From assembly GCA_038227875.1 (NCBI GenBank), contig JBBRPR010000017.1:89191-153190 (forward strand): DNA of 64,000 bases, given 5' to 3'. Under the pieces are notes generated by a model that was not told the DNA's origin, did not search any database, and saw nothing but the letters and a program-made list of their open reading frames with translations. This document shows positions 12,853-22,375 of the stretch, piece by piece (the first letter of the stretch is position 1; the number at the start of each line of letters is the position of its first letter). The stretch is from Planctomycetota bacterium. Its GTDB lineage: Bacteria > Planctomycetota > SZUA-567 > H5-PLA8. The translations under genes were made by a program, and so were the position numbers.

Positions 12853-13959
12853 TCACCATTCCGCGTTGGCCAGCGACCGCACAAACTGCAGCGCTTCGTC
12901 GAGCGTACAAACCTGCGCGCCGGGCACGCGGCCGCCGCTGTCGCACTCCTCGAGTAGCTGCAGGTCTTCGAAGTCCTCCGACTCCGCCAGCCGCACGCTG
13001 GCGCGGTGGCCCAGCGTGCCGTTGCGATAGGCGTGCGCGTCCATGTGATGAGCGATCAAGAACTCCGTGCGCGGCGTGATCGCGCCCTCCAGCGCTTCCA
13101 GCGCCGCGTTGACATGGTCATGGCGGTCGATCGCCTTGCCGACGTCGTGAAGCAGCGCCGCGAGCAGAAATTCCTCATCCCACGGCTTGGCGCGCCGCGC
13201 CAGTTCAAAGACCTGGAGCGTGTGATAGAGCGCGTCGCCTTCCGGATGATAGGCGGAGTTCTGTTTGACGTTCTCCAACGGCGCGAGGAGCAGGCGAAAG
13301 AGATCGAACGCGTCGATCTGCGCATCCAGCGATTCTTCAACCTCGTCGAGCTGGAGGTCTGGATACTCCGCGGCCATGAATTGTTCGAGCTGCTCCAGCG
13401 TCGCGCGTTCGATCGCCTTGCCGGTGATCGAACTCTTGAACGTGTAGGTCGCCTTGTCTTCCGTGTAGACGGTCAGCTCCATGTTGAAGCGCCCGTCGAC
13501 GTGAACATGGGTAAAGATGCGCTCCTCGTCGTGCTTGACGATGCGCTTGTGTTCGATGTCGTAGGTGAGATTCAGATCGTCAAGCACCATCGTGATTGCG
13601 GCGGTCTGGTCGGCGAAGACGTGGATGTCGATGTCGGAGCCCTTCCGCACATGACCGGTCCACGTGCTGCCGATCAGCGCGGGGCGGAAACGCTTGAGCT
13701 TGCGCATCAACTTCAGCGCATCGGCGCGCATTTCGCGCAGGTTTTCGGTGCGCTGTTCGCCTTCGTGGAGACAGGCGAGCATCTGAATGTGATCGCGGAT
13801 CTCGCGGTTGGAAGGCAGGTCCTTGGGATGGTAGCGCGAATCAATCCCGACCTGCTTGGCGGCCTTTCGTTTGGCGGTGAAGTATTCCGTCTCCAGCCGC
13901 TCGTACATAAGTTGTGCTGCAAGGCGAGCAATATGCCCGCGAACGCGTGGGTCTGCCAT
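12853..13959 (-). CDS. Pol-beta-type nucleotidyltransferase fused to an HD domain
   Basis: GSTWTGHVRKGSDIDIHV (GS..DxD) and YHPEGDALYH...LLHDVGK; start could be 13989. Confidence 0.82.
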   Translation of the reverse strand: MADPRVRGHIARLAAQLMYERLETEYFTAKRKAAKQVGIDSRYHPKDLPSNREIRDHIQMLACLHEGEQRTENLREMRADALKLMRKLKRFRPALIGSTWTGHVRKGSDIDIHVFADQTAAITMVLDDLNLTYDIEHKRIVKHDEERIFTHVHVDGRFNMELTVYTEDKATYTFKSSITGKAIERATLEQLEQFMAAEYPDLQLDEVEESLDAQIDAFDLFRLLLAPLENVKQNSAYHPEGDALYHTLQVFELARRAKPWDEEFLLAALLHDVGKAIDRHDHVNAALEALEGAITPRTEFLIAHHMDAHAYRNGTLGHRASVRLAESEDFEDLQLLEECDSGGRVPGAQVCTLDEALQFVRSLANAEW

Positions 13960-14047
13960 GTGTGGGTTGTGCGCCGATATGAAGCCCATTCGTGCGGCGC
14001 GAGGGCTGAACTACGATTGTGTCGCTGCTCGAAGCGTTTCAGCAGGA

Positions 14048-14086
14048 CGGTCAAATTATGGCAGAGGTTGTCGACAATCGCAACGG
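14048..14086 (-). promoter_or_regulatory. 39-bp promoter/operator repeat, copy upstream of the NTase-HD gene
   Basis: Minus strand: ccgTTGCGA-ttgtcgacaacctctgc(17)-CATAAT-ttgaccg; contains the palindrome TTGTCGACAA; 38/39 identical to 14617-14655. Confidence 0.7.
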
Positions 14087-14100
14087 CTACTTTCGGCAAA

Positions 14101-14586
14101 CTAGCCGATCGTCACTTTGGTAATTTCAGGATCGGGCTCGTAGGCTTCGTACACAACAAACTGAGTTGTGCCATGGGTCAAGTGTTCGATGAACAGTGGT
14201 CTCACGTCCTGCTCCCAAGACAATTTCCCAAGGCCCGCGCCAATTTTCGGAAGTGCGACGGTGTCAATTTGATGGTTCTGCGCCCACTTTGCGAGTTTGC
14301 GTACTGATTTGCGAACAAAGGGCAATGTCGCGTGGTACATGTCGGGTTGGGTGGCCAGATAAATTACGCCGGGATGGTTTTCGCCAGGATCGCATACCCA
14401 AATCTCGCCACCTTTAAATCGGCCGCTACGAGCATGCCGTTTGAACGCTGTTTGCACTGCCGGCCATAATTTGGAAATCTTGAGCGCAAGCCCAGTTCCC
14501 AAACCTTCCTGATTGCCTTCCGCAACTCCTTGAGCGATGTACCGCGCATCTGCCCTCAGTAGATCACCGTGTATAAATTTTAACAT
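14101..14586 (-). CDS. Macro domain protein (Poa1p/DarG-like ADP-ribose-processing fold)
   Basis: IHGDLL, glycine loop GLGTGLA, VALPKIGAGLGKLSW. Confidence 0.85.
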   Translation of the reverse strand: MLKFIHGDLLRADARYIAQGVAEGNQEGLGTGLALKISKLWPAVQTAFKRHARSGRFKGGEIWVCDPGENHPGVIYLATQPDMYHATLPFVRKSVRKLAKWAQNHQIDTVALPKIGAGLGKLSWEQDVRPLFIEHLTHGTTQFVVYEAYEPDPEITKVTIG

Positions 14587-14616
14587 GAGTTGTCTCGCTG
14601 GTTCTGGCGATTAGCG

Positions 14617-14655
14617 CGGTCAAAATATGGCAGAGGTTGTCGACAATCGCAACGG
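14617..14655 (-). promoter_or_regulatory. 39-bp promoter/operator repeat, copy upstream of the macrodomain gene
   Basis: Minus strand: ccgTTGCGA-N17-CATATT-ttgaccg, 30 bp upstream of the start codon. Confidence 0.7.
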
Positions 14656-14857
14656 TTCAAATTTGAAAATAGTACAACGCCGAAATGACGCTGAAATATT
14701 TTCTGATCGAACTCCCGACAGCGACTCACCTGCACTAGTGCGACGAGTTCAAAGTCTTTGTTAGCGCTAATAATGGACTAATGTTTGCAACACACCGTGC
14801 GTCAATCGGCACTGCTCTCTTTTGCGTCTAGGCAACACATAGAAGTGGAGGCGAACC

Positions 14858-15247
14858 ATGAAATCAGACCCGCACTGCGATGTACTCCGTATTGATTCTG
14901 ACGTGATTGAGAAAGCTGCGGTGACCGTCGTCAAGATCACCGGCGCCATTGACGCGCACTCGTATGAAGAGATCGAGGAATATCTCGACAACGTTTTCTC
15001 CACCGGCGCGGCGCGTCTGGTCTTCGATTTGAGCGGCGTCCGCTACATGTCATCGGCCGGAATCGGCGTCTTCGTCGGCGCGCTGGCCAAAGCCCGCCAG
15101 GCCAGCGGCGATCTGCTGCTGATGAACCTCTGCGACACCGTCCGCGGTACGCTGGAACTGCTGGGCCTGATGCCCATGTTCTTCGTCGCCCCCGACCGCA
15201 ACACCGCCATCGCCTACTTCGAACGACAAGCGAACGGAAAGCGATGA
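14858..15247 (+). CDS. STAS-domain anti-sigma factor antagonist
   Basis: ITGAIDA, LVFDLSGVRYMSSAGIGVF, LELLGL; GGAGG ribosome-binding site. Confidence 0.9.
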   Translation: MKSDPHCDVLRIDSDVIEKAAVTVVKITGAIDAHSYEEIEEYLDNVFSTGAARLVFDLSGVRYMSSAGIGVFVGALAKARQASGDLLLMNLCDTVRGTLELLGLMPMFFVAPDRNTAIAYFERQANGKR

Positions 15248-15260
15248 GTTTTGAATTTTA

Positions 15261-15419
15261 TTGGTGCCACGGATGCGCGAAATTTTGAGCGCGAGCGAAG
15301 AATTTCGTTCATCCGTGCGTTGTGTTCCGCCTTCCTCATAGTGCTGAATTCATAGTCGCTCGGCACGGATGAACGTCCGCTTTCGCTACGCTCAAGCGCC
15401 CGCGCATCCGTGGCACCAA
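15261..15419 (+). repeat. Long-hairpin element, family B copy 1
   Basis: Perfect 19-bp terminal inverted repeat TTGGTGCCACGGATGCGCG; internal stems TGAGCG/CGCTCA and GTTCATCCGTGC/GCACGGATGAAC. Confidence 0.85.
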
Positions 15420-15494
15420 GTCGATATTCTGCGTTTACATCCCGATCCGAACCTGCGAACATAGTCGTTGAAGTTCCGCCTCGCAGGAGCGGCT

Positions 15495-17600
15495 GTGTAT
15501 AGTTACATCGATCCCAACACGGTTCAGAACGTATTCGGCGGACTCGGGCCGCTGATCTTCGGCTTCTTCGCGCTCATCCTCGGGTTTCTTTTTCGGCCGC
15601 TGCGCTTCGTTTATCGGAGCATCAAGGATTTTTATTTTCGGGGCTCCGGGATTAGAAAAGCAGGGGTACTGCTGGCACTGGCGCTGGCTTTGACCGCCAC
15701 CGGCAGTGCGGCGGCGTTGTTATTTCTCGGAAAGGGAGAATCACCACCCATGCGAGCGGCGAAAAATCCGAATCCCGCCGCGCCGTTCGCGCGCACGATT
15801 GTGTTGGGCATGGATGGTCTCGATCCCAACATTGTCGAAGCGATGATGTCCAAGGGCGAGCTTCCCAACTTTTCCAGGCTCGCGGCGCTGGGCGGATATT
15901 CGCGGCTGGCGACGAGCACCCCGCCGGAAAGTCCGGTCGCCTGGTCGACCATCGCGACGGGTTGCCAGCCCGGCGAGCACGGCATCTTCGATTTCCTCCA
16001 CCGCGATCCGAAGACCTACCTCCCGTTCTTGTCGCTGCGCAAACCGGTGCAGGGCATCATGGGCACGCGCTACGAAAAAGCGCGCAAGCGCGACGGCTTC
16101 TGGGCGTTCACGTCGAAGGCCGGCGTGCCGACGACGGTGATCCGCTGGCCGGTCGCTTTTCCCGCCGAGCAGGTGACGGGAAACTTCCTCTCCGGATTCG
16201 GCACGCCCGATCTGCTCGGCAACGAAGGGAAGTACGTCTACTACTCCAGCGCGATCGCCAAGGACGATCCCAGCCCCCGCAACACCGTGGAGGTAAAGTG
16301 GGACGGCCAATCCGCGCTGACGCAGATTCAAGGTCCCGCCAAGGGGAAGGATGTCTACGCGACGCTCGAGCTGAAAATCACGCGCGCCGGATCGGACGCG
16401 GTGAAGCTCGAAGTCGCCGGCGCGCCGTCCATCGTCGCGAAAGTGGGCGAATGGTCCGCGTGGGCGCCGCTGAAATTTAAAATCAACTTCTCGGAAATCT
16501 GTGGGCAGGTCAAATTCATGCTGACGGAAGTCGAGCCGGCGTTGAAGCTCACTGCCTCGCCGATCCAGATGGATCCCGCCAAGGAAGCGTTCTCGTTCAC
16601 CTGCCCGGATTGCTACGGCAAGGAACTGCAGGACACCATCGGCGCCTTCCATACACTCGGTATGCCCGAGCAGGTCCATCCGCTCAGTCACGAACGCTAC
16701 GACTACGACGCGTTCCTCGCCGAATGCAAAGCCGTCACCGCCGAGCGGCGCAAGATGCTCGCGCTGGAACTCGGCCGCTTCAACTCCGGCGTGCTGGCGT
16801 TCGTCTTCGATTCCAGCGACCGCATCCAGCATGCGTTCTGGAGCATGCGCGATCCGCAGCATCCGGCTTACGACGCGAAGCTCGCCGCGAAGTACGCCGA
16901 CGTGATTCCGGCTGTCTATCGCGAGATGGACGAGGTTCTCGGCGATGTGCTGGCGAAAACCGATGCGCAGACGGCGCTGATCGTGCTCTCCGATCACGGC
17001 TTCAACTCCTTCCGCCGCGCCGCCCACGTCAACCGCTGGCTGATCGAAAATGGCTACATGACACTGAGCGACGGCAACGAGAAGGAAGGCCAGGAGCTCT
17101 TCCGCAATGTGGACTGGTCAAAGACGCAGGCGTACGCGCTGGGCTTCGCCAGCGTCTACATGAATGTGAAGGGCCGTGAAGGGCAGGGGAGTATCGATGC
17201 CGCCGGCGCCAAAGCGCTCGCCGCGGAGATCGCCGCAAAGCTGCGCAGCTGGAAAGACCCGGCCACAGGCGAGCCGATGGTGAAGAACGTTTACATCGCC
17301 TCCGAAATCTATTCCGGTAAGGCCGCGCCGACGGGGCCGGACCTGGTGCTCGGCCTCAATCCCGGTTACCGCGCGTCATGGCAGACGGCGCTCGGCGCCG
17401 CGCCGCTGGCGCTGGTCGAAGACAACAAGAAGCGCTGGTCCGGTGATCACCTGATCGACCCGAGTTGCGTGCCCGGCATCCTCTTCACCAACCGCAAGCT
17501 AGAGGTGCTCAACCCGGGTCTGACCAACATCGCGCCGACCGTGCTGAAATCGCTCGGCGTGCCCGTGCCGGACGAGATGAAGGACAAGCCGCTGTTCTAG
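15495..17600 (+). CDS. Alkaline-phosphatase-superfamily (NPP-type) phosphodiesterase with N-terminal YIDP membrane peptide
   Basis: GMDGLDP, STPPESPVAWSTIATG, DRIQH, LSDHGF, WSGDH; GTG start after AGGAG (TTG 15468 is the alternative). Confidence 0.85.
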   Translation: MYSYIDPNTVQNVFGGLGPLIFGFFALILGFLFRPLRFVYRSIKDFYFRGSGIRKAGVLLALALALTATGSAAALLFLGKGESPPMRAAKNPNPAAPFARTIVLGMDGLDPNIVEAMMSKGELPNFSRLAALGGYSRLATSTPPESPVAWSTIATGCQPGEHGIFDFLHRDPKTYLPFLSLRKPVQGIMGTRYEKARKRDGFWAFTSKAGVPTTVIRWPVAFPAEQVTGNFLSGFGTPDLLGNEGKYVYYSSAIAKDDPSPRNTVEVKWDGQSALTQIQGPAKGKDVYATLELKITRAGSDAVKLEVAGAPSIVAKVGEWSAWAPLKFKINFSEICGQVKFMLTEVEPALKLTASPIQMDPAKEAFSFTCPDCYGKELQDTIGAFHTLGMPEQVHPLSHERYDYDAFLAECKAVTAERRKMLALELGRFNSGVLAFVFDSSDRIQHAFWSMRDPQHPAYDAKLAAKYADVIPAVYREMDEVLGDVLAKTDAQTALIVLSDHGFNSFRRAAHVNRWLIENGYMTLSDGNEKEGQELFRNVDWSKTQAYALGFASVYMNVKGREGQGSIDAAGAKALAAEIAAKLRSWKDPATGEPMVKNVYIASEIYSGKAAPTGPDLVLGLNPGYRASWQTALGAAPLALVEDNKKRWSGDHLIDPSCVPGILFTNRKLEVLNPGLTNIAPTVLKSLGVPVPDEMKDKPLF

Positions 17601-17965
17601 TTCCAGCCGGCTGATTTGCGATGTCGCGTGGCCAGCGTGACGAGACCGCCGGCGGCGGCCAGAATCGCCACGCCCACGCCCACGTTGCTCAGTAGCGCGG
17701 TGAAAATAAATTCGCTCGGCCCGACTCTGTTGACGGCGTAGGTGTAAAAACACCACGGCCAGCCAATCCCCATCTGCACCGGCAGACCACCGGTGTGCAA
17801 GCGCACCAGCACCCAACTGATACAGTTGATGATCACCAGCGCGCTGGTCAGCGGCACGAGGACTAAAATGTGTGTGCTGTTAAACACGCGAGCAGTATGA
17901 AGCGAGCGCACCGGGATTACAACGAGTCGTACCTTTAGGACTCGGGTCCTGAAGGTCTGCGGCAT
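17597..17965 (-). CDS. Possible small membrane protein
   Basis: Hydrophobic 122-aa ORF filling the gap; no recognised motif and start uncertain. Confidence 0.3.
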   Translation of the reverse strand: MPQTFRTRVLKVRLVVIPVRSLHTARVFNSTHILVLVPLTSALVIINCISWVLVRLHTGGLPVQMGIGWPWCFYTYAVNRVGPSEFIFTALLSNVGVGVAILAAAGGLVTLATRHRKSAGWN

Positions 17966-18063
17966 AAATTTATACTAAGCTAATATATGTATTTGTAATA
18001 CGTGTGGCACACCTTGGCACAAATTTGTACCAGGGTTCCGATTCCCTCTGGATTCATCATTCA

Positions 18064-20718
18064 TCATTTCGTTTTTATCTTCACCGCCATGTTGTTGGCG
18101 AAGTCGGGGAAATGGAGCGTGGCGGTTTCGCCGCCAGCGAGGTTGATGTTCTCGGACTTCGCGATTTTGCCGTCGTAGCAGTCCCAGTATTCTACCGTGT
18201 AATCGCCCGCGTCCAAGCCCGGGATCTGCACGTCGACTTTCGTGTACTTCGTGCGCTTGTCGGCCGGTGGCATCTGGCGCATTGCGGCGTCGTCGTAAAC
18301 CCACGCGTACGCGCCCTTCTTCCAGATAAAGGCGTGGCCAGCCAGAAGGTTGGTCGTGTTGCCGCCGGTGATCGAAACCTGCGCGGAAATGCCGTCGATG
18401 CCGCGGCGGTCTTCGCCTTTGGCATAGTTCGCGAAGGCGCGCGCGTATGAGTAGAGATTGTTGCGGTCGATGAAATCGTACCACCAGAACATCGGCGTTC
18501 CCGCGCCCTCCGTCATCCACGTGGCCCACGGGCCGCAGTGGAGATCGGCTTCCAGCGCCGTCGGCGTCGTCGCGTTCCAGTCGCCGCCGTACTCGGTGAT
18601 CCAGAAGGGCTTGGGCGTGCCGGAATTCAGCAGCGTGGACTTGGCCCACGCCTCCATGCGCAACGCGGCGCCGGTGTAATTCTGGTCGGGGCGATAGGCG
18701 TCGGTGACGACGTAATCAAAGGCCGATGACTTGGCCAGCACCACGTCGACGAATTTGTAGTCGGTGGCGTAGTGAACCGTGATCGGGTGCTTGTACGGAT
18801 CGCTGGCGCGCACGTAATCGATCATTTCCTTCGCCCAGTTCTGCAGCGTCGGGGAGCGATGGAAGGTGTTGCGCGCGCCCATGTCGTTGCGATTGGTGCC
18901 GCCGACGAGGTCGAATTCGCTGACCATCTCCCAGCCCAGGATCGTCGGGTCGGAACCCCAGCGCGCGACGATGTAGCGCAGCTTGTTGCGGTGCCATTTG
19001 CGCGCGGTTTCGTTGGTGAAAAATTCCTGCGCCGAATGCACGCAGCCGCCGCCTTCGGTGTTGGCGTTGTAGGGATTCTGGTCCCACTCCCAGTCGCAGT
19101 ACTCACTGAACTTGCCGTGATTGTCGATGACCAGGTGGATGTTCAGGCCGTGTTCGTGCGCCATTTTCAGGACGGTGTCGAGCTTCCAGGCGTTCTGCAG
19201 CGAGTAACGCCCGTGGCCGAAGAAGTCGCGCCAACTCGCCGTCCATTCAATCCCCACCCACCACGACGCCATCCAGACTTCCGCGGTGTTCTCGCCGGCC
19301 TTCTGCATCTTCTCGAAGAAATCGGCATACATGTTCAAGCCGCGGCCGGCGGGCGGTTCCTGCTTGAAGATTTCCTTCCAGCAGCGGATGTCGACGGGTG
19401 AATGCAGGTTGTGGCCGATCGGGTAGAAGAACTCGCCGTTCTCAAATTCAAAGTAGCGCGGATCTTTTTTCGAGACCGCGATGAAGCCCTTTTCATCCGA
19501 TGGTGTGCTGACAAACGTCGCGGGTTTCGTGGCGACGCTGTCGCTGCCGAGCTTCGCCGTGACCACGTAAGTGTAGAGCCCCGGTTCGCGCGGCGTGATG
19601 CGCACGCGCCATTCCGGGCGGCCCATCGCGTTCAGCTCATCGCCGGAGAAACTGTCGACGCGGTCGTAATCCTGGTACCAGAAGCCGATGTACTCCGCGA
19701 CCTGCCCGCTGGGCGCGGTGACTTTGCAGGTGATGTCTGCCTTTTCGGGATCGAACGGGTTGTCGGCCTGGCGATTGAGTTCGAAGCGCACCGTCAGCGT
19801 CTCGAATTTTTTGACCGCCGGCAGCGCCGGGGATTCACCTGGCTTGACCGGCGGGGCCGCGGGTTCGGTGCGCAGGTTGATGATCTTGAGCGGATCGGGC
19901 GTGATCTTCGCCGCCAGTTCCTTCATCGCTTTTAACTTGGCGGCGCAATCGGGTGGGACGGGTTCGGATTCCAGCCGCGCAAGCAGGCTTTCAAAGCGCT
20001 GCGGCCGCATCCAGCCGCGAATGTTGTCGACGAGCACTTCGCCGTGAAATTCACGCTCGCCGTAGAGCGTGATGCCGATGGCGCTGACGCGCGAGGCCTG
20101 GTTCTCGTCCCACTGGCCCTGGTGGCCGAGCGGAATGACGTCTGGCGAATCGCCGCGGATGTCGGCGGTAACGGTCGTCCAGCGTCCCGGCAGCAGCGCC
20201 GTGCGCGAACGGGCCTGGTACCAGAGGCCGTCCTTGTCCTTCAAAAACAGGAGCGAGCCGACGTAGCCGTGACATTCCTTCGGGACCAGCACGTCGTAGG
20301 AGACGTAGCGGACGCCCTGCATCTTGTAAAGGTCGCCGGGAATCGTGGTTTCGCGGTAGATCGACGCAGGATCGGGAAAGTTCACAGGCACGGCCAGCGC
20401 GTGGAGTCCCTCGCTGCCTTCGTTGCCGAGTTTCAGCGTCTCCGATTTCTTGCTGGCATCGTTTTCGAGCGTCCAACCCTGGGCATCGTTTTCGAAATTG
20501 AAAATCGGATCGCGTTGCGAAGGGAACCAGCCGGCCTTGCGGGTTTCGTCGTCGACCTGAGCCAGCGCCTTGGCGGCGAGGGTCTTGGCTTCCGGTTCGG
20601 GGATTTCCTGCTTCCACGTGTGGACCGCGTCGCGGTACAGCATGATCCCTGCCAGCACCCAGAACAGGGTCGCTGCGAAGAGAATCAAGACATTGGTACC
20701 GCGCCCCGTGCCCTGCAT
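18064..20718 (-). CDS. Membrane-anchored GH-A clan glycoside hydrolase-like protein with CBM-like and DUF5060 domains
   Basis: N-terminal TM; NPFDP...WRVRITPREPGLYTY (DUF5060-like); YFEFENGEFFYPIGHN; RYIVARWG, WEMVSE, FWITEYG. Confidence 0.72.
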   Translation of the reverse strand: MQGTGRGTNVLILFAATLFWVLAGIMLYRDAVHTWKQEIPEPEAKTLAAKALAQVDDETRKAGWFPSQRDPIFNFENDAQGWTLENDASKKSETLKLGNEGSEGLHALAVPVNFPDPASIYRETTIPGDLYKMQGVRYVSYDVLVPKECHGYVGSLLFLKDKDGLWYQARSRTALLPGRWTTVTADIRGDSPDVIPLGHQGQWDENQASRVSAIGITLYGEREFHGEVLVDNIRGWMRPQRFESLLARLESEPVPPDCAAKLKAMKELAAKITPDPLKIINLRTEPAAPPVKPGESPALPAVKKFETLTVRFELNRQADNPFDPEKADITCKVTAPSGQVAEYIGFWYQDYDRVDSFSGDELNAMGRPEWRVRITPREPGLYTYVVTAKLGSDSVATKPATFVSTPSDEKGFIAVSKKDPRYFEFENGEFFYPIGHNLHSPVDIRCWKEIFKQEPPAGRGLNMYADFFEKMQKAGENTAEVWMASWWVGIEWTASWRDFFGHGRYSLQNAWKLDTVLKMAHEHGLNIHLVIDNHGKFSEYCDWEWDQNPYNANTEGGGCVHSAQEFFTNETARKWHRNKLRYIVARWGSDPTILGWEMVSEFDLVGGTNRNDMGARNTFHRSPTLQNWAKEMIDYVRASDPYKHPITVHYATDYKFVDVVLAKSSAFDYVVTDAYRPDQNYTGAALRMEAWAKSTLLNSGTPKPFWITEYGGDWNATTPTALEADLHCGPWATWMTEGAGTPMFWWYDFIDRNNLYSYARAFANYAKGEDRRGIDGISAQVSITGGNTTNLLAGHAFIWKKGAYAWVYDDAAMRQMPPADKRTKYTKVDVQIPGLDAGDYTVEYWDCYDGKIAKSENINLAGGETATLHFPDFANNMAVKIKTK

Positions 20719-20818
20719 TCAGGCCCTCAAAAAAGTGTACGTCCTATAAAGGTGGATACATCGACCCAGTGGGAAGCGTCACGGGAACGCCGAACTTTCA
20801 ATCGCACTCTCAATTAAA

Positions 20819-22309
20819 TCACTTGCCGATGCAGAATGTAGCAAAAATCCGGTCGAGCATCGACTCCGTAATCGCATCGTGGCGCACCCGGACGCCTTCC
20901 GTCTGCCAGAACGCGTGAAGCGCCTCGCGGAGTTCCACCGCAACGATGTCCTCGCCGTGTCCCGCCGCCAGGCCTGAGTGCGCGCGTTCGAGCGCCGCGG
21001 CGGCGGTGCGCACGGCAGCCATGCCCGAGGCGCCGGCCGTCAGCACCGCATCGGCGTGCCGCGAGCCGAGTTTCTCCAGCGCGGCGGAGAGGAAGTCGTT
21101 CAGCGCGGGCAAGCCGGCTCCGGTTTGGGCGGAGACTTTGAGTTGCGCGATCGATTCAAGCCTCAGCAGCTCACTGGCAAGCGCGAGAATTTCGAACCGC
21201 ACGGGTGAATCGTTTTCCGGCAGATCGGCCTTGGTCCAGATGAGTGCGGCGTGAGCGGGATGCGATCCGGAAAGTGCCGCGCGGACGGTCGCCAGTGTCT
21301 GTTCGTCCGGCGGCCGGGACCCGTCGAGCACCACCAGCACGACATGGGCACGCGCGAGCGCCTGGCGGCTGGCCTCGCAGCCTGCGCGCTGCAGATCGCT
21401 GCTGCTTTCCGAAAGGAGTTGATCGAAGCCGGCGGTGTCGCTGAGCACGCACGAACCGCTGGGCAGGGCTAGCCTCGCTTCCACGGCATCGCGCGTGGTA
21501 TGCGCGGCGGCGTTGACGATGGCGGCATCGCGGTGGAGCAGAGTGTTGAAGAGGCTGCTCTTGCCCGCGTTGACGGGTCCGGCGAGGACCACGCGCGGCA
21601 GCGCGGTGTTGAGCTCGGCGGAATTGAGCGACGGGTTCCCGGCGGTGTTCTCATCTTTCGAAGATGTGGCGAGAGCGATGGCGCGGTCGCGCAGGCGTGC
21701 GAGGCGCTGGAGCATTTCCTCCGGCGAGAGCACGCCGACGTCTTCCTGCGAGAAATCGAGACCGAGTTCGACCAGCGAGAGCAGGTCTTCGATGTCCGTG
21801 CGCAGTCGCGTGAGCTGCGTCTGCGGCGTCGCCTGCACTTTCGCGGCGTAGGCGAGGGCCTCGTCGGCGGTCTGCGCCTGGATCAGCGCGCCGATGGCCT
21901 GAGCCTGATCAAGCGTGATGCGCCCGTTCTCGAACGCGCGGCGCGTGAACTCACCGGGCTGGGCGAGCCGCGCTCCGGCGGCGAGCAGTTTTTCAAGCAC
22001 CGCGCTGACCAGCCAGGGGAGGGCGGGGAGGTGGAGTTCGATTACGTTCTCGCGCGTATAACTGTGTGGCGAGGGCATCATGTACGCATGCGCTGGAAGT
22101 GTGTGGGTCAGCCACGACACGCGTCCGGGGACGCGGCGCCAGCGCGTGCCGGATTGGAGTTTCGTCGCGTCGGCATCGATCTGAAAAACAGTGGCGGCGT
22201 ACGTAAATGCCTGAGGGCCGGAAAGTCGGACGATCGCGCGGCTCAGATCGCCGGCCCGTGCGTCGCTGGAAATGAGGGGTTGAGCGCTGGAGCAGGCGAC
22301 GATGGTCAT
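20819..22309 (-). CDS. mnmE: tRNA modification GTPase MnmE
   Basis: IVRLSG, PHSYTRENVIELH, GARLAQPGEFTRRAFENGR, GPVNAGKSS, TTRD, DTAG, terminal FCIGK; start set at ATG 22309 because the longer ORF runs through repeats. Confidence 0.92.
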   Translation of the reverse strand: MTIVACSSAQPLISSDARAGDLSRAIVRLSGPQAFTYAATVFQIDADATKLQSGTRWRRVPGRVSWLTHTLPAHAYMMPSPHSYTRENVIELHLPALPWLVSAVLEKLLAAGARLAQPGEFTRRAFENGRITLDQAQAIGALIQAQTADEALAYAAKVQATPQTQLTRLRTDIEDLLSLVELGLDFSQEDVGVLSPEEMLQRLARLRDRAIALATSSKDENTAGNPSLNSAELNTALPRVVLAGPVNAGKSSLFNTLLHRDAAIVNAAAHTTRDAVEARLALPSGSCVLSDTAGFDQLLSESSSDLQRAGCEASRQALARAHVVLVVLDGSRPPDEQTLATVRAALSGSHPAHAALIWTKADLPENDSPVRFEILALASELLRLESIAQLKVSAQTGAGLPALNDFLSAALEKLGSRHADAVLTAGASGMAAVRTAAAALERAHSGLAAGHGEDIVAVELREALHAFWQTEGVRVRHDAITESMLDRIFATFCIGK

Positions 22310-22317
22310 GGGGGAAA

Positions 22318-22372
22318 TTTCGAATGTCGAGTGACGAATGTCGAGTGACGAATGCTGGAATGTCGAGTGAAT
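22318..22372. repeat. Period-7/14 tandem repeat GAATGTC-GAGTGAC
   Basis: cgaatgtcgagtgacgaatgtcgagtgacgaatgctggaatgtcgagtga. Confidence 0.75.
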
Positions 22373-22375
22373 AAA

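Noticed and set aside
14101..14586. DarTG toxin-antitoxin system
   Set aside because: No DarT-like ADP-ribosyltransferase adjacent, and the protein lacks the DarG C-terminal region
14048..14655. 39-bp direct repeat as a CRISPR mini-array or prophage att pair
   Set aside because: The 530-bp interval holds a whole gene, there is no integrase or cas gene, and the repeat has promoter geometry
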